A stretch of DNA of 64,000 bases from Octopus sinensis (lineage: Eukaryota), in assembly GCF_006345805.1 (NCBI RefSeq), contig NC_043010.1:64046001-64110000 (forward strand), given 5' to 3'. Made by a program: the position numbers and the translations under genes. Under the pieces are notes generated by a model. It ran no database searches. It had not been told where the DNA came from and saw nothing but the letters and a program-made list of their open reading frames with translations. Each line of letters begins with the position of its first letter. Position 1 is the first letter of the stretch. Shown in pieces: positions 14,149-26,887 of this stretch.

Positions 14149-14185
14149 TGTTTTACATTTCGAGCAAAGCTCTTCTTCGGAAACA
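14149..14185 (-). ncRNA. Minimal hammerhead-like motif (Penelope pLTR type)
   Basis: UGUUU-CCGAAGA-A-GAGC-UUU-GCUC-GAAAUGUA/AAACA: 5-bp stem I, 4-bp stem II, reduced stem III, core variant U4C. Confidence 0.5.
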
Positions 14186-14443
14186 GGAGACATAGGAAAG
14201 TTCAAAAGAAAAGACAGAAAATAAAGGAATTTTGAAGATAGAAAAAAGCAGCCAGTAAGGCTGAGGTGCAGGGTTCAAGTACCTGCAGAGGCTTGCTGGC
14301 CACTTTTTTATTCTGTCTTTGAAAGGGTATTTACCTAAATTTCTAAGCTGTCTTCACAGCCTCCCGTATTTGCAAATTCCTTTATTTTCTGTAGAATACT
14401 GATATACACAGTGTTTATAAATTTGTTTACAATATATATACAT

Positions 14444-14622
14444 AGGTACAGGCATAGCTGTGTGGCAAGAAGCTTGCTTCCCAACCACATGGTACCAGGT
14501 TCAGTCCCATTGCAAGACACCTTAGGCAAGTGTCTTCTACAATAAGCTCAACCCAACCAAAGCCTTGTGAATGGATTTAGTAGACAGAAACTGGAAGAAG
14601 CCTGTCGTACATATATATATAC

Positions 14623-14654
<32 letters not shown>

Positions 14655-14870
14655 TTGTGTGTGTATTTTTTTGTTCCTCCACCATCGCTTGGCAACTGAT
14701 GCTGGTGTGTTTATGTCTCCATAACTTAGTAGTTCAGCAAAAGAGACCGATAGAATAAGTATTAGGCTTACAAAGAATCAGTCCTGGGGTCGATTTCTTT
14801 GACTAACACCCTTTAAGGTGGTGCTCCAGCATGGCTGAAGTCAAATGACTGAAACAAGTAAAAAGAATAA
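14444..14870 (+). mobile_element. tRNA-derived SINE family B (internal microsatellite)
   Basis: Head GCTGTGTGGYAAG..GGTTCAGTCCC, internal (TA)n(TG)n, tail GCTCCAGCATGGC..GTCAAATGACTGAAACAAGTAAAAG. Confidence 0.8.
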
Positions 14871-14896
14871 AAACAAAAAAGTATATGTATATATAA

Positions 14897-15243
14897 AAAG
14901 GTAAAGACCCCCTTCGGTCATGAATGACCTTGGGATTGCATCTAGAAAGTTCCCCTCCGAGGCACAAGTGTGGGCAAGGTCGTTTATGGAAGACCAGCAA
15001 TCGCCCATGCATACCAGCTTCCCATCTCCACACCACTGATATGTTATCCAAGGGAAAAGCAAAGGGGCCGATACAGTTTGGCACCAGTGACATCGCAAAT
15101 CATTTCTACAGATGAGCGAACTGAGGCAACGTGAAATAAAGTGTCTTGCTCAAGAACAAAACACACAGCCTGGTTCGGAGATTGAACTCACTACCTCATG
15201 ATCATGAGCCTGATGCTCTATTTACTGAGCCATGCACCTTCAC
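14897..15243 (-). mobile_element. SINE family D (tRNA head, CORE-like domain, CTTTACCTTT tail)
   Basis: Minus strand has TGTTCTTGAGCAAGACACTTTATTTCAC, which resembles the CORE domain from memory. A second copy lies at 17452-17771. Confidence 0.7.
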
Positions 15244-15355
15244 GAAAATGGTTGAGGGTTAGAAAATTCGCTTCAATAAACTTCGTTTCACACATGCAGT
15301 CATGGAAAAGTGGACGTCAGAACAATGATAATCACACACACACATCTTGATTTAA

Positions 15356-15547
15356 TCCTTTAGAATTCAGTTTTCTCAGCCACATGTAGAACTTGTTTAT
15401 TCACATTTTTTCGAATCATCTCATAGTTTCAAGATTGTGATGATGTAAATGTTTATTTTTAGAATGACATTGTAGGATGGGTGTGAGAGGACAAATCTAG
15501 CTGGTTGAATATTTGGGCTGGATACGGCCAGTTTAAATGCTGAAGGA
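15356..15547. mobile_element. piggyBac-type MITE family 1, opposite orientation
   Basis: Reverse-complement similarity to 5613-5823; TTAA on both sides. Confidence 0.65.
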
Positions 15548-15575
15548 TTAAATAAAATAGTTTGTTATATTTCAG

Positions 15576-15650
15576 ATATACTATGAGAAAAGTGAAAGGG
15601 TTGCCTATTCATATAGCAAATGCGATATATCTTATTCTGAGCCAGTGAAG
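15576..15650 (+). CDS. Candidate exon (IYYEKSERVAYSYSKCDISYSEPVK)
   Basis: Acceptor tttgttatatttcag, 75 bp in phase 0-0, donor AAG/GTGGGG. It is on the opposite strand to the other candidates. Confidence 0.25.
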
Positions 15651-17451
15651 GTGGGGGGGCACTATCAGGCTACTCGACCTGCTAGAAATAGCAGTAAATT
15701 TGCCAAACGCACCCAATCATGTTTAAAAAAGGGACACACTTGATGATATAGCCCTAAATATACGCACACAAAGACAAAATGACCAAGGATGGAATATCTT
15801 TGACTATAGGTTTGCTCAATAAGGGCAAATCTGGATTGGAACAAGAATTTGAAAAGAGTAAAGGAGATTTAGCACAAGTGTGTATGTGTTTGTCCCCACG
15901 TCCCCTCACTGCATGACAGCTGGTATTGTGTATTTATGTCCCCATAACTTAGTGGTTTGGCAAAAGAGAACAATAGAATAAGTACTAGAAATAAGTCCTA
16001 GTGTTGATTTGTTCAACTAAAACCCCTCAAGGTGGTGCTCCAGCATGGCGGCAAGTCAGATGACTGAAACAAGTAAAAGAACAAAAGAAAACACACACAC
16101 ACACACGTATAAGATGGGAGATGCCAATTCAAATTCTGCTCAGGTCAACTTGACATCCTATTTGTCCAGCAGAGATAAAACTAATACCAGTAATCCTGCA
16201 AGGGAGTATGAAAGTGAACAGCAACATTCAAGATCTTCAGATAGCAGATAAGAGATTAAAGGCTTCTGGGGGAGGAGGAGCAGTAGGGGAGCTGAGTTCC
16301 AAGTTTGGTGTCAGGGGTCAATGAGAGTGACTAATCCCTAAACTAAACAAGGGAGCTTTATATAAATAAATGCTGTGGGTTAAGTATTGTGGGTGTGGAG
16401 AGAGAAGCTTCCTTGCAAGAATCAATAAAACTGTATAATATCTACAGTGAAACTAGTTCACTTCAGGGTAGCCTTCTATTGTCAGTCTGTGATAGACTGC
16501 TACAACTACTATGACTAACAACAACAACAACAACAACCAATTACTGCTGCTGATATCACAACCTGCCTCCTTCCGCCTTATAATTATTATTACTATTATT
16601 ACTGCTACAACGCCCAGTGACACACTCACTGTCACCGCAACCACCACCACCACCACTACTGTTACAATCACCGCCGCCACCACCACCATCACTAGTATGG
16701 GTTATCCTAGCCTGATAGTCCAGCCTGGCCCAGTAGTTTTCAAACTGACAAAATACCAGCCACCCCCACTATCAAGTATTAGTGAAAATTCATTCCCCAC
16801 CCCACTAGTTTTTATAAATGGGGTGATGGAAGTTTTTGCATCTGAATGTCTTTCTTTGCCAGTGTTGGACAAGTTTAAAACGTTTAAAACCATCTTAATT
16901 TTATTAAACATGGGTACTTGGTCCTCCCTCTTTCCATTCCTCACAGGTGACTCCATAAGTGGTCCCCACCTCATGAGAACTGCTGTTAAAGCCTACAGTA
17001 ACACCAAATGTCACAGAACTCACCGAATACACGAGGCAGTTTTTACTGATGTGTGTATTAAACAATTCAGTTACAAACACACACACAAATTATTCCTGGC
17101 ACTTATGTAATTTCTAATATAGGTATAAGGTCACACATTTGAGTGGGAAGGAGAAGTTGATAATAGCAACCCCAATATTTGGTACTTTCTCTTATCAACC
17201 ATGCAATGTTGAAAGGCAAAGTTGACCCTAGTAGGATTTGAACTCAGAATATGAAGCATCATAAATAAAAACTGCAAAGCATTTTGTCTGTGATGTTCTA
17301 ATGATGATTCGGCCAACCCCCAACCCCCAGCTTAACAAGTTTATTTTCTATTTTTTACTTTATAGAGCTAGGGTTTCCTGGTAAATCCTATGGCTGGTAG
17401 TCTCCCCAATTGGTGTTATTTCAACCACCCCTGCCACTGACAGCCATCAGC

Positions 17452-17771
17452 GTAAAGACCCCCTTCAGTCATGAATGATCATGGGATTGCACCTAGAAAG
17501 TTACCCTCTGAAGCACAAGTCTGGGTACAGCTGTTTATGGAAGACCAGCATAGCCTCCCCCTCCTTGTGTCATGCAGACCAGCCTCTCTGCCCCATGCCA
17601 CTGATGTTATCCAGTGATGTTGTAACTCATTTCTACAGCTCAGTGAACTGGAGCGACATGAAAATGAGGTGCCTTGCTCAAGAACACAACACACAGCCCA
17701 GTCCAGGGATTGAACCCACTGTCTCATCATTGTGAGCCTGATGCTCTAACCACTGAGCCATGCGCCTTCAC
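17452..17771 (-). mobile_element. SINE family D
   Basis: Collinear with 14897-15243. Confidence 0.7.
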
Positions 17772-17797
17772 ACTGACAGCTAGCAACACTATTATAT

Positions 17798-18008
17798 TGT
17801 TATTTCTAGCAAGTTGAGTGATTGCACAGAAGCTCCTTCACTGGCTCACAACCTGTACACTTCGGTTGGTGGAGCATCAGATGTCTTTTATAGTACCGAC
17901 AGTCATCATCACTACAATAAACAGTTTGATGGTCCACCAACTGAAGAGCACAGACTATGAGGCAATGAAGGAACTGCTGTGCAATCACTCAACTCGTTAG
18001 AAATAACA
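17798..18008. repeat. 211-bp imperfect palindrome
   Basis: Arms of ~85 bp are about 80% reverse-complementary. Their ends match the abundant CTAGAAATAGCAGCCAAAT repeat family. Confidence 0.85.
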
Positions 18009-18559
18009 GTCAAATACCTTCAAATCAAACCCTACCGTCTTAAAACAATGTAAGATAGATCAGGCAACATAATCCTAGATGTGAAAAAAGATGGAATGGC
18101 TACGGCTGAACTCTTTTGCTCATTGGTCTGCTGACTCAAGGCTGACACGGGGCTAAACAGTGACAGCAGACCACCACTACCACTACTACTACGACCATCA
18201 CCACTTACTACAGATTTTGAGACAATAAATCAACATAGAGTAGTAAGCTTGGTTGTCTTCTATGCTTAGAGATCAAATCCAGCTGGAGTTGGCATTTCAG
18301 AATCAATGAAATACCTGTCATATACTGAGTTAATGCAAGTGCTATATCACTTTCCCTTTCTTAATGATTTGGGCTGGGAAGAAGGGGCAATGCTTTGGCC
18401 TTTCTAGACCCACAAAACAAGACCAGTGAGATGAATGTTTCACTTGAATTGCTAAATTTTTTATGACTGCAGGAAAAACATGGGGCAGGAGGGAATTTCA
18501 GAGGGCCGATGTTCAATGTGGAGGAAAGACTCTAGCACTCCATCAGTTATGAGGCTGAG

Positions 18560-18826
18560 AGTTCCAAGTGATCTGATCAACAGAACAACTAGTTTGTGAA
18601 AAAAATGTGTGAGTGACTGAGTACCCCACAGATATGCGTACCCTTAACACAGTTCACAAAGAGATTTAGCGTGACAAGGCTGGCCCCTTTGAATTACAGG
18701 TACTACTCATTTTTGCCAGCTGGTTGGACTGGAGCAATGTGAAATAAAGTGTCTTGCTCAAGGACACAATGTGTGGCCAGGAATTGATCTCACAACCATA
18801 TGATTGTGAGCCGCATGCCCCTAACC
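18560..18826 (-). mobile_element. SINE combining the CORE-like domain with the family C tail-2 module
   Basis: A related copy lies at about 30840-31097. Confidence 0.6.
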
Positions 18827-19060
18827 TATTTCTTTACTACCCACAAGCGGCTAAACACAGAGGGGACAAGAAAGGACAGACAAAGGGATAAAGTCGATTA
18901 CATCGACCCCAGGGAGTAACTGGTACTTAATTTATCGACCCGAGAGGATGAAAGGCAAAGTCGACCTCGGTGGAATTTGAACTCAGAGCTCGGAACGTAA
19001 CGACAGACGAAACACGGCTACGCATTTCGCCCGGTGTGATAACGCTTCTGCTAGCTCGCC
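18827..19060 (-). mobile_element. SINE family A
   Basis: Full-length reverse-complement match to family A. Confidence 0.85.
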
Positions 19061-21191
19061 ACCTAACCATCAGGCCATGTGCCTTCACTTGAGAAGGAAA
19101 GACTGAATGAAATGATAAATGCAGAGCCTGAAGGGGAGAGCATAACAAGGGTGACATGAGATAGACTAGTCAGGTGTAGACAAGCGGAAATGGCATGTGA
19201 CTAACCAGCTGCATGCAGCAGAAGTCACCATGATAGAAGTAGGAAAGATAAAGAGAGGAGACAACCATGTTTATAGAGCACACTGGGGAGTGATTTTTAG
19301 GTGTCTTTTTAGGGGAGATAGTTTGTTAAGGATGTTTGGATGTGTAGCTGCAGCACTGTCTGAAATGTAGGAGATGCATAACAGACATACCATTGTTACA
19401 TAATGAAGATGACTACAGAGTGACACTCGAAACAAACACAGTGTAGCAGTGTGATTTGATGGCTGAAACTCTGCCAGACGAATCTTCAAGTGTCATATTT
19501 TAAAATGTCACCATCATTTATAACTAAGCAAAGGAAATCAAATACTTTGAGAATCAATGCTAGTGTCAATTTTGTAGAGTCATTAGAGCATTGGATAGAA
19601 TGGCTTGAAGTATTTGTTCTGACTCTGTACTCTAGGTTCAAATCTCATTGAAGCCAGCTTTATTTTTTAATCCATTCATTATCATCCCCAGTGGTGGGAT
19701 TGGTAAAATGTTAGAGCACTGACAACATATATCTTCAACTCGATGCATCCTGAGTTCATATCTCATCTATTTCTAAAGAAAATAAAATTGGGTCCTTTGA
19801 GACTTGGCAAAAGGAAGTTAATTATTTTGATCCTCAATACTATCTATCTCATACTGACTATCTCAATTCACAACTCGTTTCTCTCTTTTCTAAAAGAGAG
19901 ACACTGTGTGTGTGTGTGTGTGGAAGCGATTAGTAGAATTGATGGGAGAACAATATGGCTTTATTGAATCACATCTCTATATATTCTGAGTTCAAATTCT
20001 GCAAGGGTTCATTTTCATTTTTTTGTTTTTTCCATGCTTCCAGGGTCAATAAAATAAAGCACCTGTCAGGTATGAAAGTTGATATAGAAGTCTGTACCTC
20101 CCACCCTCTATCCTAAAATTCCTAGGCTTGTATGAAATCACTACCATTATAATTGACAACTGACAGTTTCAAACAAAATGATTTGTGCTATTGGGTGTTT
20201 TCACATTCTGTGTCCAAATCTCTACTTTCAAGGTTAACATTGCCTTTTATTCTTCAGAGAATGATAAAAAAAAGACCCAAAATACTGTCAAAGCAAGGGA
20301 TGATTTAATTGAATGTTCCTAGCTAAGTAAAACTGTGACCATCCATACATACAGGCATGTCTTCTACGTCCCTCTCTCAGCTGAGAGACTTGCTCTAGTG
20401 GGCTCATAGGTGCTGGGGCCACATAAAAGCAGCTGTACTGGTATTGCGTAAAAGTGCCCATGCTGGTCCCATGTCAGTGCCACATTTAAAGCACCCAGTA
20501 CACACTGTAAAGTTATTGGTGTTAGGAAGGGCGTCCAGGCATAGAAACCATGCCAAAACAGACAAGTGGAGCCTGGGGCAGCTCTGCAGCTCCTGTTGAA
20601 CTATCCAACCCATGCCAGCATGGAGAACAGACATTAAATGATGATGATCCTTTTTCCTCCCAGAGGATGTGTTTCGTGCCTTAGATAAGCTATTATCATT
20701 ATGTTGCGATATTTAGTTACAGCTTCTTACCTTCTGGTACCAGTGAGAGGGTGAATTAATCAGGTAACCCCTTCCTACAAACTTCTAACCTTGTGCTTTT
20801 GTGAGAAACATTATGGTGATGATAGAGTGGTGCATCAGACAAAATGCCTTATGGTATTTGGTTATAACCATTTATATTTCAAGTTCAAATCCTGCCAAGG
20901 TTCACTTTGCCTTTCACTCATCTGGAATAGCTAAAGTAAAAGTACCAGCCAAGAATTGGGGTAAATTTAATCACCCAACCGCTTCCTTCAAATTTGTAAC
21001 CCACTACACTTTCGGAGTGGTTGGCGTTAGGAAGGGCATCCAGCTGTAGAAACTCTGCCAAATCAAGATTGGAGACTGGTGCAACCATCTGGTTCGCCAG
21101 CCCTCAGTCAAAATCATCCAACCCATGCTAGCATGGAAAGCGGACATTAATGATGATGATGATGATTCCTATGGATGAGAGAGTTTCATAC

Positions 21192-21250
21192 TTCATCATT
21201 CAGTGTTAAATTCCATGGATGGAGGTAATTAAAAAACAACACGACACCTG
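21192..21250 (-). CDS. Candidate exon (GVVLFFNYLHPWNLTLNDE)
   Basis: Open frame between ttgtag and GTATGA; weak pyrimidine tract. Confidence 0.2.
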
Positions 21251-21993
21251 CTACAATACTGATCCTGTGTTAACCAATGATCCCCTCTAACACCTGTACT
21301 GTTAATAGTGTTGCTGTTTAGCACTGATTCAACAGACTTAAAGACATTCTAAACATGACCACCCCACCAGACAGTGTTTCTACAACTACATCAACAACTC
21401 TAATGCTAATGACTTTTTCTTGTCACTATATGTATAATTTCGATTATAATCTAAATGTTATTGTCATATAGTCCCAACTTATTCTATCTGTGACCATCCC
21501 ATCTTAAGTATCTAGAATTACATAATCCAATTTGTTCAGTTTTAAGGAGAATAGGATGTCATTTGGTAGTTGTTTGTAGCATGTCAAGTGATCTTATAGA
21601 GGCTCCTTTGTTGGCTCATATGTTAAATATAGCTTAAGATGGAATGATGTGAATTATGGCTGATTTGGCTGCTATTTCTAGTAAGTTAAACCACTATATT
21701 TTTCTCAATACTTTTCTCAGTATTGGCTGTAGTATCAGCAGTGTTGCTATTGGCTGTAGTGTCTGCAGTGTTGGTATTGGCTGCAATATTAAAAGTACCA
21801 TTAATATCTGTAGTGTCTGCATTGACAACAATTGTTCTATTAGTACTGAGCTGAAGTGTCTGTCATAACATGTTGGTATTGACTCTTGTCTATGCTATGG
21901 CAATTACAGCAATACTAGTATAGATTATAGTGCTGATACTCACTACAATGCCTTCCTGTAGAGTCACTATAGAAGTGGATACAAGCAACTGGC

Positions 21994-22034
<41 letters not shown>

Positions 22035-22630
22035 GGTTGGTGTTGTTAGTATTGGATGTAGTATTTTGCAGTGACTACTGTCAGCAGTGTTACTAAGATA
22101 GAAACCTCAAGAACTGGAGAGAGAGAGGAAGAAAGAGACAGGAGAGAGTAAATATGTGAGAAGGACGTAGACAGAGAGAGAGAGAGAGAGACAAGAGAAA
22201 GAGAGAGAGAGAAAAAAGAAATACATGTTTGAAAGACCAAAAATAAAATAAAATAAAACCGAAGGAGGAGAGCAGAGAGATATAAAGGAAACTACATGCT
22301 TGAGTGCACCTGTGCTTTAAAAAGAGTGCAAAAGGTGTGAGATAATGAAATATAAATTCCTAACCAAGACAGAATGTGTCACACACAAACACACACACAT
22401 CTTAAAATTTGAGGTAGCCAACTGCAGCTCTGTTATTGCCGATATTCATGGCAATTGAATAGAAAACATGTAGCATAATATGGTTTTGACATTTATACAA
22501 TTACTTTGAAGTTTTGACAAATGCTATATTTTCAAACAGTCAACTTGATAAACCGCCTTCAGCAAAACTTCGAAGTAATCGGCAACTTATTTTTTAACCT
22601 CTTTTTAAGATATTTGACTCTGGGTCTTAC

Positions 22631-22731
22631 ATCGAGTCCTTTGTGTAATTATCGCTTCTCAGAATACTAGCATTTACCAATGAAAGAAAAAGGTAGTAAT
22701 TACTATGACGCTCGAGTTTCGTGCATAACAT
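22631..22731 (-). CDS. Candidate first coding exon (MLCTKLERHSNYYLFLSLVNASILRSDNYTKDS), product unknown
   Basis: AAAAATG start, open to a GTAAGA donor; short, so it could be chance. Confidence 0.2.
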
Positions 22732-24181
22732 TTTTGTCTACGAATTGTATGGATAATCGCAGCGAATTGAAGTTTTCAGCTCTTTATATTACGCATTTTA
22801 AGTTTAGTCTTGATAGAATAATTACTTATAGTTCTTTCAATACCAAAAATTAAACTATATAAACATGCAGACAAACACGAGTGTAGGAGCAGCTATGGAC
22901 CGAATAAAGACAAAATGTATTTGGTTGACGCTAAGAAGGGACAATCTGATATAAAAAGAAACTAACCAAGAACAGACACGGTCACTTGATCTGCTGAAAA
23001 CAGTAACCAAATCTTTAGATTAACTGCTGTCTTTAAAAAAAAATGGGGAAATACGAGATGGTCATAGCTGAAATGTTTTTGATCATATGTCTGCTCGGTC
23101 AGGAACTGACTTGGGGCTAAACAATAACACAGAAATAAATATGTGTGTGATCGGCAGTTCAGAATGTTGAAACACTGTGGTTTGTAAACCCTCAAACTGT
23201 AACAGGTGTCTGTCTGTCTGTGTCTGTAAACATACACGTAAACAAAACGACAGTTCGGTGTGCGAGTGTATGTACGCATGTATATGAATGTGTGTATATA
23301 GAGATAAACGTCAGTAATTTCGAAAGCAGAACCCAGAGACGTGTTAACCTTTAGCTTGTCCGTGGGTTGGCAGGTGTGTGTGTGTTAGAGTCGAACAAAA
23401 TACCGCATGGTATTTAGCTATGGCTCGTTACATTCTAAGTTCAAACTCCACCGACGTCAACATGCTTATTATTAGTGTAGCGATGAAATAGAGTTCCAGT
23501 CAAATAATACCGGGAACGATTTCATATACCTATAAAGCATTCAAGATGTGAATAAAATTGTAATAGAAGACTAGGGTGCCCTATATGGTCGTTGGATCTG
23601 CTAGAAATAAGGCTGAAATCTCTCCAAAAACAAAATGTATAGTTAAAAAAGTGTGTGTACGTGTGGGACACTTTGGGTTATGGAATTAGTCCCTATATAT
23701 AAGACGGAAAGGTCGTGGCTAGAATGGCTTCGACCAAAAGAGAAACAACATCAATATAATCAATATATATACAGCTAGAAAGCTATGTCTTTCTATGTCC
23801 AACGAAGAAAACTATCAACTGTTTTCAGAGCAAAATCGTCAGACGGTACTAAAATGTACCGGCATTGATATTTCACAACAATAACAACCTTTAATAATGG
23901 GCCTCCAATGACCGACATGCTAGACAGAGCAACCAAATCTCCCCTCAGTCACACCCAACCGTCGTAATAAAACAAAAAAGTGACACTGGATAGTGTAATG
24001 CTAGATACAGTAAGGGGTGGTCAGGAATGGAACGGATCTGATTGTAAATGTGCTCGATCAGAGCTGCCCTGAAAATAGCATTTAACCACAACAGTTAAGT
24101 GTTAGAAGGAAGGAGAGATACTCACACCTGTTGAAGCTGGTCAAGAAGGACGAGAACTGATGGCGATATTGTCAATTGCTG

Positions 24182-24195
24182 CCGCTAGATGGCAC
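24182..24195 (+). promoter_or_regulatory. CTCF-type binding motif
   Basis: CCGCTAGATGGCAC fits the core consensus CCRSYAGRKGGCRS at every position; it lies in unique, CpG-retaining sequence. Confidence 0.5.
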
Positions 24196-24771
24196 TGGAC
24201 TATGTACGTACGTATACGTGAGCGTGTGTGTGTGAGCGTATGTGTGTGTGCGTGCGTGTGTGTGTGTGTTTATGTATATGAGACACTGAGAGAGTGGGAG
24301 GTGATTTTTTTTTTTGATGAGGGGGAGGGAAAGAAAGGTAAACAATCAATGTGAGGTGGGGGGAAGAGTAATGTTCGCATTGAGATAGAGATAAAGAAGA
24401 AGTAAAAGAGGGGGAAGAAGTAGAAAGAGAAGAAATCTGGCGATGAAGAAGACATTGTGAGGAGGGGGGAGAGGGTAGTGGTAAAAGAATAGAGAAAGTG
24501 TATGTACGACAAAAGGGAGGAGGGGTGATAGAAAGAAAGAGGGGGATTATTACGGGAATTTGGAAGGGGGAGTGACCTATATAAGTTTAAAGGGAGGGGT
24601 AGGAAGAGAAAAACAAGAGAGAAGTTTCAATGAGAAGAGTTTTTTATCAGCTTAAAAAGGAGGGAGAGCGAAAAGGAGATGTTTGAAAGAGAGGGGTTAC
24701 GATGAGGGGTCTGGGAGAAGTCTCGAAAAGAAAAAAAAAAGAGGAGAGAGAAAGAGAAGCGAGGGAAAATG

Positions 24772-24825
<54 letters not shown>

Positions 24826-24975
24826 TGATGTTAAAATTTATTTCGCGCGGGAGAAAGAGGGAGGAAAATTATATTTATGAAAGTGGGTTTTATTTTATAA
24901 TTTTAAGTTTAGAGAAAGAGGATGAGTTTGTGAGAAAAAATGAAGAGAATTAAACCGAAGCGATTGAATAAAGGA

Positions 24976-25028
<53 letters not shown>

Positions 25029-25393
25029 TGAGAGAGTGAAGGGAGAGACGGAATAAAAGATGTAAAAGAAGGTAAAGCGAGAGAGGAAGAGAAAGGAGAG
25101 GTGACATTTACGTTGACGTTTGGGAAAGAGATAGAGAAATGAAGAATAAGAGGGTGAGAAGGAGGAGAGAGAGAGAGAGAGAGAGAGAGAGGGGGTGGAA
25201 AGGTGGTGAGAGCGGGAAAGAGAAGAGAGAAAGAGAGAGAGCGAGAGAGAAAGAGGAGGAGGAGGAGGAGAAAGAGAACTCTGCTGCGGCAAATTAAGAT
25301 TTTTCCATAATGTACACGTTTGATAGTTTTCTAGTGTGAATGTATGTCTGTGTGTCTGTGTGTACAGATATATATATATATGTATATATACAC

Positions 25394-25424
<31 letters not shown>

Positions 25425-25450
25425 CATACATATATATATATAATATATAT

Positions 25451-25504
<54 letters not shown>

Positions 25505-25772
25505 TGTATATATATGTATATATATGTATGGTGGAGTTTTTATGATAATTGAGATAGGAATTAAATCGATTGTAAAAAGTATATTGGGGTGTTATGTATG
25601 GTGAATGTATGGGGCGGGTGCGTGTGTGTGTGTGTGTGGTGTGTGTGTGTCCTGTCTGGAGATACCACTAATAGCTTCAATAGTTCAAATATATACATAA
25701 AATGTCTATTTTCCTGTGTGACTGTCACGTCGCATGAGAGAGAGACAGACAGAGAGAGAGAGACAGAGAGAC

Positions 25773-25827
<55 letters not shown>

Positions 25828-26032
25828 AGGAGGTGTTTCAAATGCAGAAATTAGGGTAAAGGTGGCAGTGGTTATTGTTCAGGAGAAGCCAGGGGTGGTG
25901 TTGTTTGGTGAGTGGTTGTTGCAGTGGGGTGGATAGAAAAGGGCAACCAAGCAAAACGGTGGTTGTTCATTTTGTGAGGAGATGGAAGATGACGATGATG
26001 ATGACGATGATGACGACGATGATGATGATGAC

Positions 26033-26065
<33 letters not shown>

Positions 26066-26255
26066 GCTAGTCCCATATATGTTGAGGCCAGATTATAAAT
26101 AAAAGATGAATAAATTCTGAATAATCAGGGTAATGTGTTGTACAATAGAAGCAAAACTTGTATGGATTTCGTCTCACTTCACTAACGATGTTGATAATTT
26201 TCTTAGGAAATGCATGAAGGTCATCCCTGCTCCTGCTTACGCCTCTACATATATA

Positions 26256-26484
26256 TATTTCTTTACTACCCACAAGGGGCTAAACACAGACGGGACAAAT
26301 AAGGACAGACAAACGGATTAAGTCGATTACATCGACCCCAGTGCGTAACTGGTACTTAATTTATCGACCCCGAAAGGATGAAAGGCAAAGTCGACCTCGG
26401 CGGAATTTGAACTCAGAACGTAGCGGCAGACAAAATACCGCTAAGCATTTCGCCCGGCATGCTAACGTTTCTGCCAGCTCGCGG
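26256..26484 (-). mobile_element. SINE family A
   Basis: Full-length reverse-complement match with CpGs retained. Confidence 0.85.
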
Positions 26485-26500
26485 CCTTCTACATATATAG

Positions 26501-26887
26501 GAGCACTCCGTCGGTTACGACGACGAGGGTCCCAGCTGATACGATCAACGGAACAGCTCGCTCGTGGAATTAACGTGCAAGTGGCTGACTGAGCACTCCA
26601 CAGACACGTGTACCCTTAACGTAGTTCTCGGGGATATTCAGCGTGACACAGAGAGTGACAAGGCCAGCCCCTTTGAAATACAGGTACAATAGAAACAGGA
26701 AGTAAGTGTGAGAGAAAGTTGTGGTGAAAGAGTACAGCAGGGATCACCACCATCCCCTGCCGGAGCCTCGTGGAGCTTTTTTAGGTGTTTTCGCTCAATA
26801 AACACTCACAATGCCCGGTCTGGGAATCGAAGCCGCGATCCTACAACCGCGAGTCCACTGCCCTAACCACTGGGCCATTGTGCCTCC
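26501..26887 (-). mobile_element. SINE family C, tail type 2
   Basis: Same ~190-nt 5' part as 10555-10855 but a different 3' module (CCTTGTCAC..GTTAAGGGTACACGTGTCTGTGGAGTGCTCAG). Confidence 0.85.

Larger units (their letters stand above)
22440..25300 (-). promoter_or_regulatory. CpG-retaining island; possible promoter or 5' exons of a minus-strand gene
   Basis: CpGs are visibly more frequent than in the flanks. Minus-strand donors GTAAGA (exon end 22631) and GTGAGT (exon end 24126); ~1 kb CT-rich tract on the minus strand. Confidence 0.4.

Noticed and set aside
16511-17110. 199-aa ORF
   Set aside because: The N-terminal third is triplet repeats, the remainder has no recognisable motif, and the 3' part looks like repeat sequence.
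21720-21870. 27-bp tandem repeat keeping an open frame
   Set aside because: Only about four degenerate units, with no splice signals or protein motif.
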